A stretch of 64,000 nucleotides of DNA from Octopus sinensis (GCF_006345805.1 NC_043009.1:124001-188000); one strand, 5' to 3'. Shown: positions 26,000 to 39,427, numbered from the stretch's first letter. The notes: generated by a model not told the origin, from the letters alone. Numbers and translations are program-made.

Positions 26000-26650
26000 G
26001 AGACTTGCCTTACTGGTTTGTTATACATTGTAAGGTCGAGGTCCAGATTAGATCTCTGTCGTAATGCATTCTATTTTTGATACGTTGATAAAAAAAGTCC
26101 GGCCTCAGCAGTATATTTAACAACCATACAGTCAGACTTAGTTGGGCAAACTCTGATAAGAACACAATTGCAGTTACTTCAAAACGATTCCCAAACCACC
26201 TAAAATCAAGCATCTACAGCACTTGTGTTCTTCCAGTAGTTTTATATTGGCTAGAATGTGTCAACTGAACTTCTGCTGCACTACAGAAACTGAACGTCTT
26301 TCAGAATCATGTAATGTGGCTTATTACCAACACGAAACTTTCAGACCATGTCAGAATTGAAGAGCTAAGACTAATAACCAAAATAGCACCAATAACCTCT
26401 GTCATCAAAAATAAAGTACTCATATTGCTCGGCCACATTAATTGAATGGTTTGAGGCGTCAACAATATTTGTTTGGAAAGTATGAGTAATGGAAAGAGAA
26501 ACGGTGATCGACAAACCAAGAAGCGGAAAAATAATATCACAGCATGGACAGCGTTTGGTATAGTCTCTCCTGAATGCTCTTGCCAAGGTTCGAATACTAT
26601 AGAGGCAACTCTCATGTTGTTGCGCATTCTGCTGCAAGTGGGGTAAAGGG
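26000..26650 (+). mobile_element. RTE-clade LINE 3' remnant
   Basis: Interrupted translation: HLKSSIYSTCVLPVVLY.LEC...KLNVFQNHVMWLITNTKLSDHVRIEELR...LLGHI...CLESMSNGKRNGDRQTK; followed by a GAT/GAC-rich tail. Confidence 0.75.
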
Positions 26651-27059
26651 AAATTATGATGATGGTGATGATGACAACGACGACGACGACAATGATGACG
26701 ACATAGGCTTATGTAATTTCTGCATGTGTTTCTGTTAAAGAAGTAGAAAAAGGCAATGCTATTATTTTCAATTAGCCTTGTGAAATCTAACCGTTCCTAT
26801 GTTTCTCTAACAGAATTTCAAAATATGTTATACCCATCTAAGAAACCTAGCTCTATTAAGTACGCTACTAATAGAAAGCTATGTTAATATGGAATTAGGT
26901 ATTCATTCCGAGTACCATTATTGGGAAGGGCGCCAATTATGCACGGTTATCGCAAAATGGAAACAAAAACAAAGAAATATAAAAATAAATAAGAACTAAG
27001 AATCAAACGAATGGCTTCCTTCATTTCGTTCGCAAAATGCCGTATCAAATAACCTTTTG

Positions 27060-27563
27060 GAAATAGTATAATCTTAGTGCTGTTACTGACACTCCTACCG
27101 TGATGGCGATTACCACCGCCGCCGCCATAACCACCACGATCATCATCATCACCACCACGATCATCATCATCACCACCATCACCATTATTACCAATACTAT
27201 GACTGGCTTGTTACGACTAACATGACCACCACAACCATCATCATCATTATCATCTTCATCATAACCAACACCACTTTTTCCACTACAAATATCACCACTA
27301 GCCCTTTACCACATCCACCATCACCATCGCCACTACTTATGCTACTGCAACACCTACAACTACAATTACTACAACTACTACTACTACCACCACCACAACT
27401 ACTACCACTACCACAACCACCAGCACAAGGACCAGCACCACAACAACAGCTACGACAACAATAACAAGCACCACCATAATTACACCATCACCATTCAACC
27501 ACCACTCCTACTACAGCTACCAGTACTTCATTTGCTGGCATCACAACAACAACAACAACAACA

Positions 27564-27601
<38 letters not shown>

Positions 27602-28740
27602 AAACACCTTAACCATCTCCATTAGTGTAGCCATCACCACTTGATAACCTCAATCACAACCATCAAAACCATCAGCATGAACAACACTACTACGATCACC
27701 ACCACCACTACAACTTCTACTGCAATATTACTATTAACACTTCTGGCACCACCACAACCACTGCGAGAACTGCTACCAACACTACCATCTCATGTGGGGT
27801 AGAAAGGGCTCCTTAGCCGTAGTGAAGGCAATCTATCTAGGGAGATAACCTTACAATAAATCACTGGGTCCGTAGCTTAGAAATACTGGGTTGACGTCCA
27901 GCGGGAACAGCTTTGTTTCATGGAGGAGGAAATATCTTCTTTAGTACTTGGTTGTACAATGCTTTCCAATGTGTGTAGTAGTGGCGCGCGCACACATTAT
28001 TAGCCATTTGAAAAGACTATGGAATTTAGTCTCGGCCACGGTCGAACAATGATGATGATGATGACCGTCTCATTGAACACTACCCTCCGCTACCACAATA
28101 AATACACTTAACATTATCAAAACCACCACGGCCATCTCCACAACCACCATCACTACTACCTCCATCACCACTATCACAATCTCCACCACACACACAGCCA
28201 AATCAACTAGTACACCAGTACCAACTACCGACCCTATTGTCACCCCCACCGCTCCCAGCACACCAGTATCGCCTTCACACCCATCCCAATTTCCCCCGCC
28301 ACTCCACCAACCCGACACACACATCTGCGCAACCACCACCACCACCACCATCACCACCACTGCCGCCGCCGCCGCCGCCACCACCACAACCACCACGATC
28401 ACTACCACACCTAGCACACCGCCGCCACCATCTCAGCCCTACCCCGTCCCACCCGAGCCCACAACATCCTTTGCATGATATAACCCTGTTTTCTTTTTGG
28501 TACAGCATTAAAACAACATTTGCTGGAAAACTATTTACTTCGGTAGCATTTACCACGCAAAACAACATTGGCACCACCACCACCACCACCACTACCACCG
28601 TCACCATCACCACCACAACCACGACCACACGACCACTACCACTACTACTTCCACCACTTCCACCACCATCGCTACCAACATCATTAGCAGTGCTACCACC
28701 AGCACCGGCAATACCTAATACCTACCACTATAAGCACCGG
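27060..28740. repeat. Cryptic trinucleotide (ACC/ACT/ATC)n low-complexity region with an unclassified repeat at about 27790-28070 ending in (TGA)n
   Basis: Direct observation; the Thr-rich frames contain stops. Confidence 0.85.
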
Positions 28741-29101
28741 TGCTCTTTGGATTATTCCCCCATTAAAAAATTGAGTTGTCTGCTCCTGTTTTACGAGAAA
28801 TATCGATATTTTTGGTTATCTCCATCAACTAAAAAGTTGTTTAATCCTCAATAAGACAAAACAAAACAAAAAAAAAAAGGAAAAATTAATAAACATGAAA
28901 ACTTACTAACAAATCATACCATGCCTATTGAGGAGACCAAAAGTCAACAATGTGTTGAAGTATTGAATCAAAAGGATTTAACACTTTTAATCGATCGTTT
29001 ATCGCCACATAAACTCAATTTTTTAGTGGGGAGGTTACTGAATTTCTTAATGGCAAAAAGTACCTAAGCATCAAAGCTGCCACCATCACCAACAACACAC
29101 A

Positions 29102-29145
<44 letters not shown>

Positions 29146-29161
29146 GTATATATATATATAT

Positions 29162-29847
29162 ATATGAATAAAAAAATGGGAGTAACGCAGGTTTAAACAA
29201 GTATTTTTACTTTCTACATATGTTTCAAAAATTCCACTGATACTTATTCAAAAAGATAAAAGGTATAAACAATGCAATCTTCTCTTCGGGAAAGTGAAAA
29301 AACGAAACTTGTCAATACGACATTTTAGCAAAAAATGATGGATTCGTATAGCGATAGACAGAACGCTATTAATATTGTTTAAAAAAACGTTATATGATAT
29401 AACGTCATAAATAGCTAACAGAAAGAGTAGGGATATTAATAGTGAATGTTAAATATAAAGGAAATTAAAGTCTAAACTATATATAATGATAGAGACTACG
29501 TATATGCACTAAAAGTATGTTTCTGCCAATGCTTACATCTGTATGCTCGTTCTATAACCGTGTTTACTAGAGTATTTTTAGAAAAAATAATGAAAAATAG
29601 CTCAGAATTGCAGAGAAGACGGAATTTCTTGCCTTTGTCATATGGTATCGAAATTGAGAGGATCAACCATTCTAAATGAAATTGTTCATTGTGGTCTTTC
29701 AAATCCCAAATCAGTTTGCTGAGACCGGTACTATTCCGTTTATTTCTATCCCTAAATGTTGAGTAATGGATAGAAATTCTCTTAGATAACCCTAACGATG
29801 TAAAAATACTTGTTTAAACCTGCGTTAACTCCATTTTTTATTCATAT
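29162..29847. mobile_element. Element bounded by about 48-bp inverted repeats (MITE or PLE-type inverted end)
   Basis: 29162-29210 is the reverse complement of 29800-29847 with 2-3 differences; left end sits in (TA)n. Confidence 0.6.
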
Positions 29848-29990
29848 TATTCAAATATTCAACGTAAATACGAAGTTTCAACCTTTATAAACAAGGAGTT
29901 ACAACATCTTTACTTGTGAGATTTTTGCTGCCCTGGTAACTATTCATTCATTTATCCGTGTTAATTGTTACAAGGTAAAATTCACTCATC

Positions 29991-30082
<92 letters not shown>

Positions 30083-30164
30083 ATATGTATATATATAATA
30101 TATGCATATATATATATATACATATATATGTATGTATGTATGTATATATGTATATATATATATA

Positions 30165-30518
30165 TATTATTTATTTTATTTTATCTAGTTTCAGCTCACG
30201 AGCTGTGGCCATGCTGGGGCACCGCCATTTGGTATTGCTACATAATTTTACTTCACGGATGCTTTTTAGCAATTGCCATTTGGTGCATGAGAGAGTTCGA
30301 TGCAGCTGCCCTCATCTGCACCTGCTGCCGTGAAGTTGGTTCATCTGGGACACCTGACAGGAAGAGATCCAGTTTTATTTTAAAGACATCTGCGTCCACC
30401 CCATGCAGGTCTCTCAGGTTCTTCGGGAGAATATTGAAGAGCTGTGGGCCTCTGAAGCCCAGGCTATCACAGTATCTTGTCCTACATCTTGATGGCAAAT
30501 TTGGAGTCCTTGGCACTA
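30165..30518 (-). mobile_element. CR1-group LINE 3' end
   Basis: [28 protein letters not shown]...[16 protein letters not shown]...[11 protein letters not shown], then 3' UTR ggcggtgccccagcatggccacagc...ctgaaactagataaaataaaa. Confidence 0.85.
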
Positions 30519-30519
30519 T

Positions 30520-31180
30520 GCTGGTGTGTTTACGTCCCCGTCACTTAGCGGTTCGACAAAAGAGACCGATAGAATAAGTACTAGGCTTACAAAGAATAAG
30601 TCCTGGGGTCGATTTGCTCGACTAAAGGTGGTGCTCCAGCATGGCCGCAGTCAAATGACTGAAACAAGTAAAAGAGTAATACACAATCGAAAGCCCAGGA
30701 AAAAGAGAACATTTATGGCGCATTAATTCGGAATTGACATCTTTTGTATGCTGAGAATGAATTTTTTATTTGTACCTACAATCGTAGGTGCATCGAGTTA
30801 TATACCAACAAATTTGCACAAAAGCGTTGAAATACTCGGTTTTACGGAAAAAGAGTAAAAGAACTGACGTGTATTCTTCAAATCCAGTCTATTAGAGGCA
30901 CATTGCAAAAATTCTCCATCTGAGATTCATATGCGAATAGGTGCACAGACTTGGGTGTATGCACCGACAGATCAACCAACACACCAACCCAGCTACATAT
31001 AAAGAAACATCGGGAACTTTCTTAACTGGAAAAGCCTTGTCACTTTGTTAGCATCCGGCTTATATGTACGTGTATGTATGTATGTATGTATGTATGTATG
31101 TATGTATGTATGTATGTATGTATGTATGTATGTATGTATGTATGTATGTATGTATGTAGGTATGTATGTATGTATGTATG

Positions 31181-31214
<34 letters not shown>

Positions 31215-31590
31215 TGTATGTATGCATGTATGTATATATATACGTGTATGTATGTATGTAGCATGTATGTATGTATGTGTATGTATGTATGTATGTATGT
31301 ATGCATGTATGTATGTATGTATGTGTGTGTATGCATGTGTGTATGTATGTATGTGTGTGTATGTATGTATGTATGTGTGTGTATGTATGTGTGTATGTAT
31401 GTATGTATGTATGTGTGTGTATGTATGTGTGTATGTATGTATGTGTGTGTATATATGTATGTATATGTGTATGTGTGTGTATGTATATATGTATGCATGT
31501 ATGTATGTATATATGTATTTTTGTAAGTATGTATGTATGTATGTATGTATGTATGTGCGTATGTGTATATATGTGTGTATGTGTTTGTAT
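30520..31590 (+). repeat. About 1-kb direct duplication, copy 1 (SINE A 3' half + about 390 bp non-repeat + (TATG)n)
   Basis: 30585-31080 is near-identical to 56723-57220; variant units within the TATG array are shared. Confidence 0.93.
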
Positions 31591-31594
31591 GTAT

Positions 31595-31790
31595 GTGTTT
31601 GCCCCTCCAGCATCGCTTGACAACCGATGCTGGTGTGTTTACATCCCCGTAACTTAGCGGTTTCGCAAAATACACCGGTAAAATAAGTACTAGGCTTACA
31701 AAAGAATAAGTCCTGGGGCCGATTAGCTTTACTAAAGGCAGTGCCCCAGCATGGCCGCGTCAAATGACTGAAACAAGTAAAAGAATAAAA
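31595..31790 (+). mobile_element. SINE family A, 3' half
   Basis: gctggtgtgtttacatccccgtaacttagcgg...cagcatggccgcg..aaatgactgaaacaagtaaaaga. Confidence 0.85.
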
Positions 31791-31827
31791 GGATAGTGGA
31801 ATATATGCTTGTGTGTGTGTGTGTGTG

Positions 31828-32203
31828 TACGACGGGCTTCTTTCAGTTTCCGTCTACCAAATCTACTCACAAGGCTTTGGGCGACCCGAGGCTATAGTAG
31901 AAGACACTTGCACAAGGTGCTTCTTAGTGGAACTCAACCAAGAAGCATTTGGCTGGAAAGCAAACGTCTTAGCACACAGCCCACCTGTATTTATATATAT
32001 TCTTTTATTCTTTTACTAGTTTCAGTCATTTTACTGCGGCCATGCTGGAGTACCCCCTTTAGTCGAACAAATCGATCCTAGGACTTATTCTTTGTAAGCC
32101 TAGTGTTTAGTCTATCGGCCCCTTTTGCCGAACCGCTAGATTACGGGGACATAAACACACCAGCATCGGTTGTCAAGCGATTGTGGGTGAGACAAATACA
32201 GAC

Positions 32204-32239
<36 letters not shown>

Positions 32240-32390
32240 GGTTTCTTTCAGTTTCCGTTCACCAAATCTACTCACAAGGCTTTGATCGGCTTGAGGGTAC
32301 AGTAGAAAACACAGGACAAAGATGCCACGCATCTTGGAACCATGTGGTTGGGAAGCAAACTTCTTACCCCACAGACATTCCTGCATCTAG
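31828..32390 (-). mobile_element. SINE family A: 5' half (31828-31985) plus a full copy (31998-32390)
   Basis: Reverse complements of 56440-56813. Confidence 0.83.
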
Positions 32391-32414
32391 CTTCGTACCA
32401 CGGATCCACGCCTA

Positions 32415-32456
<42 letters not shown>

Positions 32457-32670
32457 GAGAAAGAAGCAACAAGAATGGATTGGTTTTAGTACAATTGTTT
32501 CATACAAAGACAGGCTTTATTACAAGTTGCAAAAATTGCAGCAGATAAAAGTGTCCCGTACTCATCAGCTAAAATACATTTGAGTTCTCTAGACATCTTA
32601 GTGGGTGAGGTTATACTCATGAGATATTGGAGATAATTCCATTAGAGGCAGATATAGGTTGTAAACAGTT

Positions 32671-32847
32671 TTCAAAGTTCCTTAATGATGATGCACAGTC
32701 TTATCACAGATTTTTAAAAAACTTATTAGTTTCGAAGAGAAGATGAATCAATCCATAGTGTAGATTTAAATTTAAATTTCCAGAGATATGAAGAGGATGA
32801 TGCACAAACTGTGATAAGACTGTGCATCATCATTAAGGAACTTTGAA
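32671..32847. repeat. Perfect 39-bp inverted repeat with 99-bp spacer
   Basis: ttcaaagttccttaatgatgatgcacagtcttatcacag and its exact reverse complement at 32809-32847. Confidence 0.95.
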
Positions 32848-32979
32848 TGTGTGTATTTTCAATATAATGAACTAAATGTGTTTGTCGATAAAATTTCATT
32901 TTAGGCTATATTTAATTAATGTACAAGATTGTCTGATCATTTATTAGCAAATCATCATCATCATCATCATCATCATCAA

Positions 32980-33010
<31 letters not shown>

Positions 33011-33964
33011 TAGCGTCGTGAGGTGGCAGAATCGTGACCACGCAGAACAAAATGTTTCCCTGCATTTCTTCTGGCGCTTTACGTTCTGAGTTCAAATCCT
33101 GCTGGGGCCGACTTTGCCTCTTATTCTTTTGAGATTGATAAAATACGTACCCTGGAGCCTATAGTAAAATAAGTGTTATTTTTCTTTTTGCGACTCCCTC
33201 TCCCTCCCTCCTTTCTCTATATCTCTCTCCCCCCTCTCTCTCTCTTTCTTTCTCATTTAAACACTTGAAATTTTGATTCTGACCTATATAATATTTTCAT
33301 TCTCAAAATGGCTAGGTATGCCAAAATGAGGCTTTAAAAAATTTTGAGTGTGTTATTGAATACTTTAGCATGATAGAATTTATCAACTTTAACATTATTG
33401 AGGTCAATGAAAGATTTGAAAGCAAACTGAGTAGACAAAAAAAAAAAAAAAAACCTTGTCCAATTAAGACAGCAACTGGATTTGGCCACTGAATTCCACG
33501 TATACGATTTCACTGCTGTATCTTTCAATTGCTAACATCCACTTTTGTCCTCTCAAAAAATCTTCCTCGCTGAGGTTCCGATTTGAAGTGGACTAAAATT
33601 ACCTCTTTTGGAGTCAATTTCCTAATAAGCATGTCTATGACGCCAAGCTCTTCATTTTTCAAGTATATTATTTCCGCACGTTTTTCAAGCATCGCCTCGA
33701 ATTGATTAATGCCCTATGGATGAAATTTGGTGAAAAGAAATTTTTCGGAAGGCTTCAGTAGGTTATAATATACACTATAATTTCTTCAGTAATTTTTTTT
33801 ATTATACGGATGATTTTCCTATACGTAAACATTCAGTAAAATGTGAATTTTCTCACATTTTTGCATTGAAACTCACCATGTGAGAACATACTCTAATAGT
33901 TTTACAATGAAACTGTTATATGAAAGCATAAACTTGTATCTTTACTTATATTATCTCGTATATT

Positions 33965-34035
<71 letters not shown>

Positions 34036-34040
34036 ATATA

Positions 34041-34750
34041 CTAGTAGAGATACCCGGAGTTGCCCGTGTTACATGCAATTGGAGAATTAGACTTTTCTGT
34101 TATATTTTCTGTAATGAACTGGAATATCTATGTTTCGAATTTCATCAAAATTGCAGATGAGGGTTATTTCCCTCTTTACACACCCTAAAAAATTGTAATC
34201 GTGCCACATGTATCCTATGCTACTGATTTTTATGCGCATATTCCAAAATTCCAGTCTTATAGAACCTGTTCAAAGGATTTGCTCCTGAAAAATGGAGGTC
34301 ATGGAGCTATAAAATGTGAGAGTTAAGGCCCCTATTGGGGGTGGGCATCTTCATGACATCCAGAGAAGTTGAATTGTTGAGAATCTTTTTAACTTGGTTC
34401 TTATATCTATTGTTTGAATTTCTTTGAAATAGGAAATATATGCTCACTGGGTTTGTAAAAGAGAGCAAAGTTACCGGAAACCAAAAGACGAATGATCACA
34501 ATAAGCAGTCAGTTACCCTACCCTAGTCGTTACCACTCCCAATGTAGGATTTCTCACCATCCAGGTGACAGGCACAGCCGTAAGATGCATTACGAATCTA
34601 TAGCTATTGGAAGGGCGTGACCCAACTGAAATAAACATTAACAACCGTGTGATGTGAGGGCTAATGAGAAATGAAAGTGTCACCTCTGGAATTTGCAAAT
34701 GACCACTATAGAGATACGTAACTTGACAGAATAAAATTACAATCTATAAA
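34041..34750 (-). mobile_element. Non-autonomous Helitron (3' end defined, 5' end approximate)
   Basis: Minus strand: cacgggcaactccgggtatctctaCTAG|T, the same hairpin type as 18561-18588 and 40707-40735. Confidence 0.65.
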
Positions 34751-35157
34751 TGTTTTTGCATAACCAGTCACTCATCTGGGAAGGCCTTGAAATCAATGTT
34801 ACCATCTGGAGTCCAGATGGTAACATTGACAAAGACCCACACATACACTTACATATATACATACATATATATACGGATGATTTGTTTCAGTTCCTGTCTA
34901 CGAAATCCATCATCATCATCATCATTATCGTTTAACGTCCGCTTTCCATACTAGCATGGATTGGACGATTTTGACTGAGGGCTGGCGAACTAGATGGCTG
35001 CACCAGGCTCCAATCTTGATCTGGCATGGTTTATACAGCTTGATGCCCTTTTACATGCGGTGTCCTTTTACGTGCGGTGCCCTTTTACGTGCCACCGGCA
35101 CGGAAGCCAGTAGGACGCTCTGGCAAAGATCACGCTCAGATGGTGTTCTTGGCACTC

Positions 35158-35196
<39 letters not shown>

Positions 35197-35199
<3 letters not shown>

Positions 35200-36462
35200 G
35201 GTGGGGGAAGCAAAATTTACCATGAACAATAACTTGTCTTTTCTCAGCAGGCACTGAGTCAGTTGTTTTGAAACCTAGCATATATTGATGTCATATTCAT
35301 ACTTAACGCTATTATCCTTACATTTTCAGAAACTTTTGCCCATATGAGTAATCAGGAAAGCAAACATCAAACAGTGTGTGATTTGCTGAATGCGCTCGTC
35401 ACACCAAAAAGATTTCAAGAATAGGTGGATTGTCCATAAAGACTGTTTATAATGTAAAGAATAGAATGACTATGAGCAAAACTATCACGAGGAAGTCTGG
35501 AAGTGGAGGAATCAACAAAAAATGTACCAAAGTTTTTATTAAAGCTCTCAAATTCAAAATCCTTAAGGATCCAATCAAATCCATGAGAAAAATGGCAATT
35601 GAACTTGAGGTAGACAACAAGACCATTAGAAATGTAGTAAAATATGATTTGAGGTTAAAATCTTACAGAAGAACACCAAAACACTTGTTGAGATTGGAAA
35701 GGTGCAAGAAAATTATTACATGGTTCAAGAAATAGTCCTCCATTGTAACGATATTTTCAGATGAAAAGATCTTCACTGTCGATGCTGTTCTGAACCGCAG
35801 AAATGACAGATTTATCGCAAAATCAACAGCTGAGGTTAAGGGGACATTCAAAACAAAACATCCTGCTCAAGTTATGGCTTTTGGTGTTGTGGCTTCCGAT
35901 GGAAAGAAAATGTCTATAAAATTCTACAAAGCTGATGAAAAGATCAATGCTAATACTTACTACAAGACTCTGAGATACCAGGTACTGCCATGGCTTAAAC
36001 CAAACTACCCAGATGGTAATTATGTATGGACACAGAATGGTGCTCCAGCCCACACAGCTAGAAAAATACAAGATATCTGCAAATCCAACTTAAGCAATGT
36101 TTTGGAATCATGTTTATGGCCGCCTTCCAGCCCAGATCTAAACCCTCTGGATTATGCTATTTGGGGCTTTTTAGAACAAGCTACCAATAGAATATCACAC
36201 AGCAATGTCGACTCTCTTAAAAATACTATTAAAGAAGAATGGGAGAAGTTGTCTCCCGAATATTTTAGGAACACTTGTGCAAGTTTCAGGAAGCGTGTGA
36301 GGGCAGTTATTGAGAAAGAAGGACACATAGAATAAAACCAGTTTCTATTATGAAAATTTTCTTGTGGCAAATAAATTCTCATGACTTTCAATAAACTAAT
36401 TAGTCATAAACTGTCTTTCAATCCCTGCCTCAATATATTGTAAATTTTGCTTCCCCACCCTG
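35197..36462 (+). mobile_element. maT-family (DD37D) transposon, full span, degenerate transposase
   Basis: 23-24-bp TIRs cagggtgggg(g)aagcaaaatttac; TA flanks; IFSDEKIFTVDAVLNRRNDR, QNGAPAH (N in place of the catalytic D) ...WPPSSPDLNPLDYAIW with 37-residue spacing. Confidence 0.92.
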
Positions 36463-36469
36463 TATATAT

Positions 36470-36585
36470 ATATGGTCTGTTCGCTTAGCCAGCGGGGTGG
36501 CGTCATTGAAGGCTAAAAAAATGCGAAGCGCATTGTGACCAGCGATGTGTAGCAACATCTGATGGCCTGGTCGGTCATGTGATCA
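36470..36585 (+). mobile_element. SINE family C, 3' end
   Basis: Reverse complement of 39440-39560. Confidence 0.8.
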
Positions 36586-36604
36586 TATATATATATATAT
36601 ATAT

Positions 36605-36735
36605 ATTTATTTTATAGAAGGAGCTTCTACAGGACTAGAACTGTTTCATTCAAAAGAAATCATCAGGAAGCTCCTGATGATTTCTTTTGAATGAAACAGT
36701 TCTAGTCCTGTAGAAGCTCCTTCTATAAAATAAAT
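36605..36735. repeat. Perfect 131-bp palindrome (64-bp arms, 3-nt loop) containing hammerhead-like cores on both strands
   Basis: Arms 36605-36668 and 36672-36735 are exact reverse complements; CTGATGA-tttcttttgaat-GAAA-cagttc-TA-gtcc. Confidence 0.93.
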
Positions 36736-36805
36736 TAATTTACTCTGCTATGTATTGAGTACCTTATTTACTGTGGTTAACCCCGACTCAACCCGGGACC
36801 TACAC

Positions 36806-36840
<35 letters not shown>

Positions 36841-36869
36841 AAGATAAATTGATAGATACAACTGAGTGG

Positions 36870-37200
36870 GCAACAAAAATATTTTGATAAGCCCGGTACT
36901 TATACTATCAGTTTCTTCGTGTGAAACCAGTAAGTTATGGGGATGTAAATAAACGAACACCAGTTGTGAGGCAATGATGAGGGAGAAACACAAAGACACA
37001 TACAGAGACTTACATATATTCGTACATATATATCCGATTGATTTCTTTCAGTTTCGGTCTACAAAATCCACTGACAAGGCTTTGGTTGGTTTGAGGCTAT
37101 AGCAGAAGACACTTGCCCAAGGTGCCACGCAGTGGGACTGAACTGAGGACCATGTGTTTTGGAACCAAGTGTGTTACCACACAACCACACCTGCACCTAT
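36870..37200 (-). mobile_element. SINE family A
   Basis: Reverse complement of head, CORE-like domain and 3' half. Confidence 0.8.
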
Positions 37201-37867
37201 GTATGTGTGTGTGTGGGGGGGAAGGAGGTGTGTTTATGTATGTATGCATGTATATATGTGTACATATTACATGTACATCTATATATATATATACATCTAC
37301 ACATACATGTAAACATATACATCTATATCTATGGAAATACATGTATACATATACAGCTACAAATATACATGTATACATATACATCTAAAAATAAATATAC
37401 GTTTATACATATACATCTATATATATATATACATGTATATATATATACATGTAAATTTAAATTTAAGATAATAAGGGTGAAAATTTTGAATATTAATTTC
37501 ATTAATATGAATTGAAAACCAGTGGTGTAGCATATCAGACCATAGCGGATCTTCTTCTAGCAAAATGGATGTCCACTGTTAATGGTTCATCTCTCTTATA
37601 TAATAGTTTCACTTTATTAGTTTCTGTGTTAAAGTGAAAGCATGTGACATTACAATATAGAGATGTTTTTGTTTCACTTTTAACACGTAATACTGAAATA
37701 GTGGAGAAGATATGATATTGCTGTGGGCTCGCCCTAGGCAAGAAGTTAACAATCTTTTTGCCCATGACACTACATGGACCCTAAGTAAGGTATGTGTAAA
37801 ATTTGAATGAAATTGGCTGTGTAGTTCTCAAGTTTTAGGGCTTCACACAGACAGACACACATTCTCA

Positions 37868-37915
<48 letters not shown>

Positions 37916-38780
37916 TTATTTGAGGGAATAAAATCCAAACTTATAAAGAAAAAGAATTCAATTTAGAAATACTAAATCAAATTCCACACAATATAATATA
38001 TAAATAAAATATTAGAAAAAAAACCCACCTTTTATCAATTCAAAATGAATAATTAAATTACACCATCTAGAAAATTACATATAACAGAAAAGTTAAAATT
38101 AAAATAACAATAAAAAGTAAAGGTTTAGTAAATTACAAAAATAATATAATGTATATAATAGGTAGCTATATAGAAGTCATTTGTCCAAGGTGCTACGTAG
38201 TGGGACTGAACGCGGAATAACGTGATTGGGAAGCAAGCTTCTTACCACACAGCTACGCCTGTGCATCTTCTTTATTTGGATTTCATATTGGTAACTTCAG
38301 AGTGAAGTTTTCAATAATTGAATCACTTTTCCGAAATAAGTTTATTTTTCATTTTCATTTTATTTTTACTTTGGTTTTATTGTTATTTTATTTTCATAAA
38401 GCGAGTTAGTTATTCAATGACGTCACTAATGATTGAATGAATCCCTTATGTTGACTTTGATTTAGGGCTTTCTTTTTGTTAACGTTTATTAAGTGCTAAA
38501 CTTTTTTCAGATGTTCGGTTAAAATTTCATCAATTTGAATTATCTTGATGATGTATTAACATATATTTTTGAAGATATTATTAGTTTTTAATAATATTGT
38601 CTATATGCATATATATATGTATATGTGCATGTATATGATTGCATGTGTGTGTGAGAGAGTGTGTGTTAATGTAAATGAAAAAGCTGTTGGATTTTGAAGG
38701 TGAAATCCAACATATCATTTGTTGTAATACACACACACACACACACACCACACACACACACACAAAATATAAAATAAGAT

Positions 38781-39031
38781 AAATGCGCCCTTTTAAAGCC
38801 TAGCCAGGCACATGGGGCCAGTTTCTCGCTTTCAATGGCATATGTGTTATCCAGCTGGACGGGACGCCAGTCCATCGCAGCGTTACTCATTTTTGCCAGC
38901 TGAGTGGACTGGAGCAACGTAAAATGAAGTGTTTTGCTCAAGAACACGACGCGTCGCCCGGTCCAGGAATCGAAACCCCAATCTTACGATCATGATGCTG
39001 ACACCCTAACCACTATGCCACGCGCCTCCAC
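38781..39031 (-). mobile_element. tRNA-headed SINE family D (CORE-like plus V-domain-like motifs)
   Basis: Minus strand: gtggcatagtggttag (A box), ggtttcgattcc (B box), gttcttgagcaaaacactt...ccagtccactcagctg, gcgatggactggcgtcccgtccag. Confidence 0.75.
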
Positions 39032-39034
39032 ACA

Positions 39035-39080
<46 letters not shown>

Positions 39081-39357
39081 GACTGCTTCTCTGGAAATAC
39101 CCCAACTTCACGCCCAACTGACCTTAGCCGTTTGTTTTATACCAAATATAATCATCTGTTCGTTTTCCTCCCCTCCTTTTCTCTATCTCCTATCATGATA
39201 CGTATTCCCCTCTTGATTTCCCCACCTATATAATATCTTCCCCACAGACTCATCCTGCATACACACTTAATTATTTCTTTTTATTTCCTCCTGGTACTTT
39301 CCTAACAACAAGGTCTGATACACTCACAATGTAATTGCACGTCTTTGTCTGCTTTTC

Positions 39358-39427
<70 letters not shown>

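Noticed and set aside
27060-28854. Mucin-like Thr/Pro-rich exon
   Set aside because: The Thr frame is repeatedly broken by stops and shifts, and no splice or compositional support was seen.
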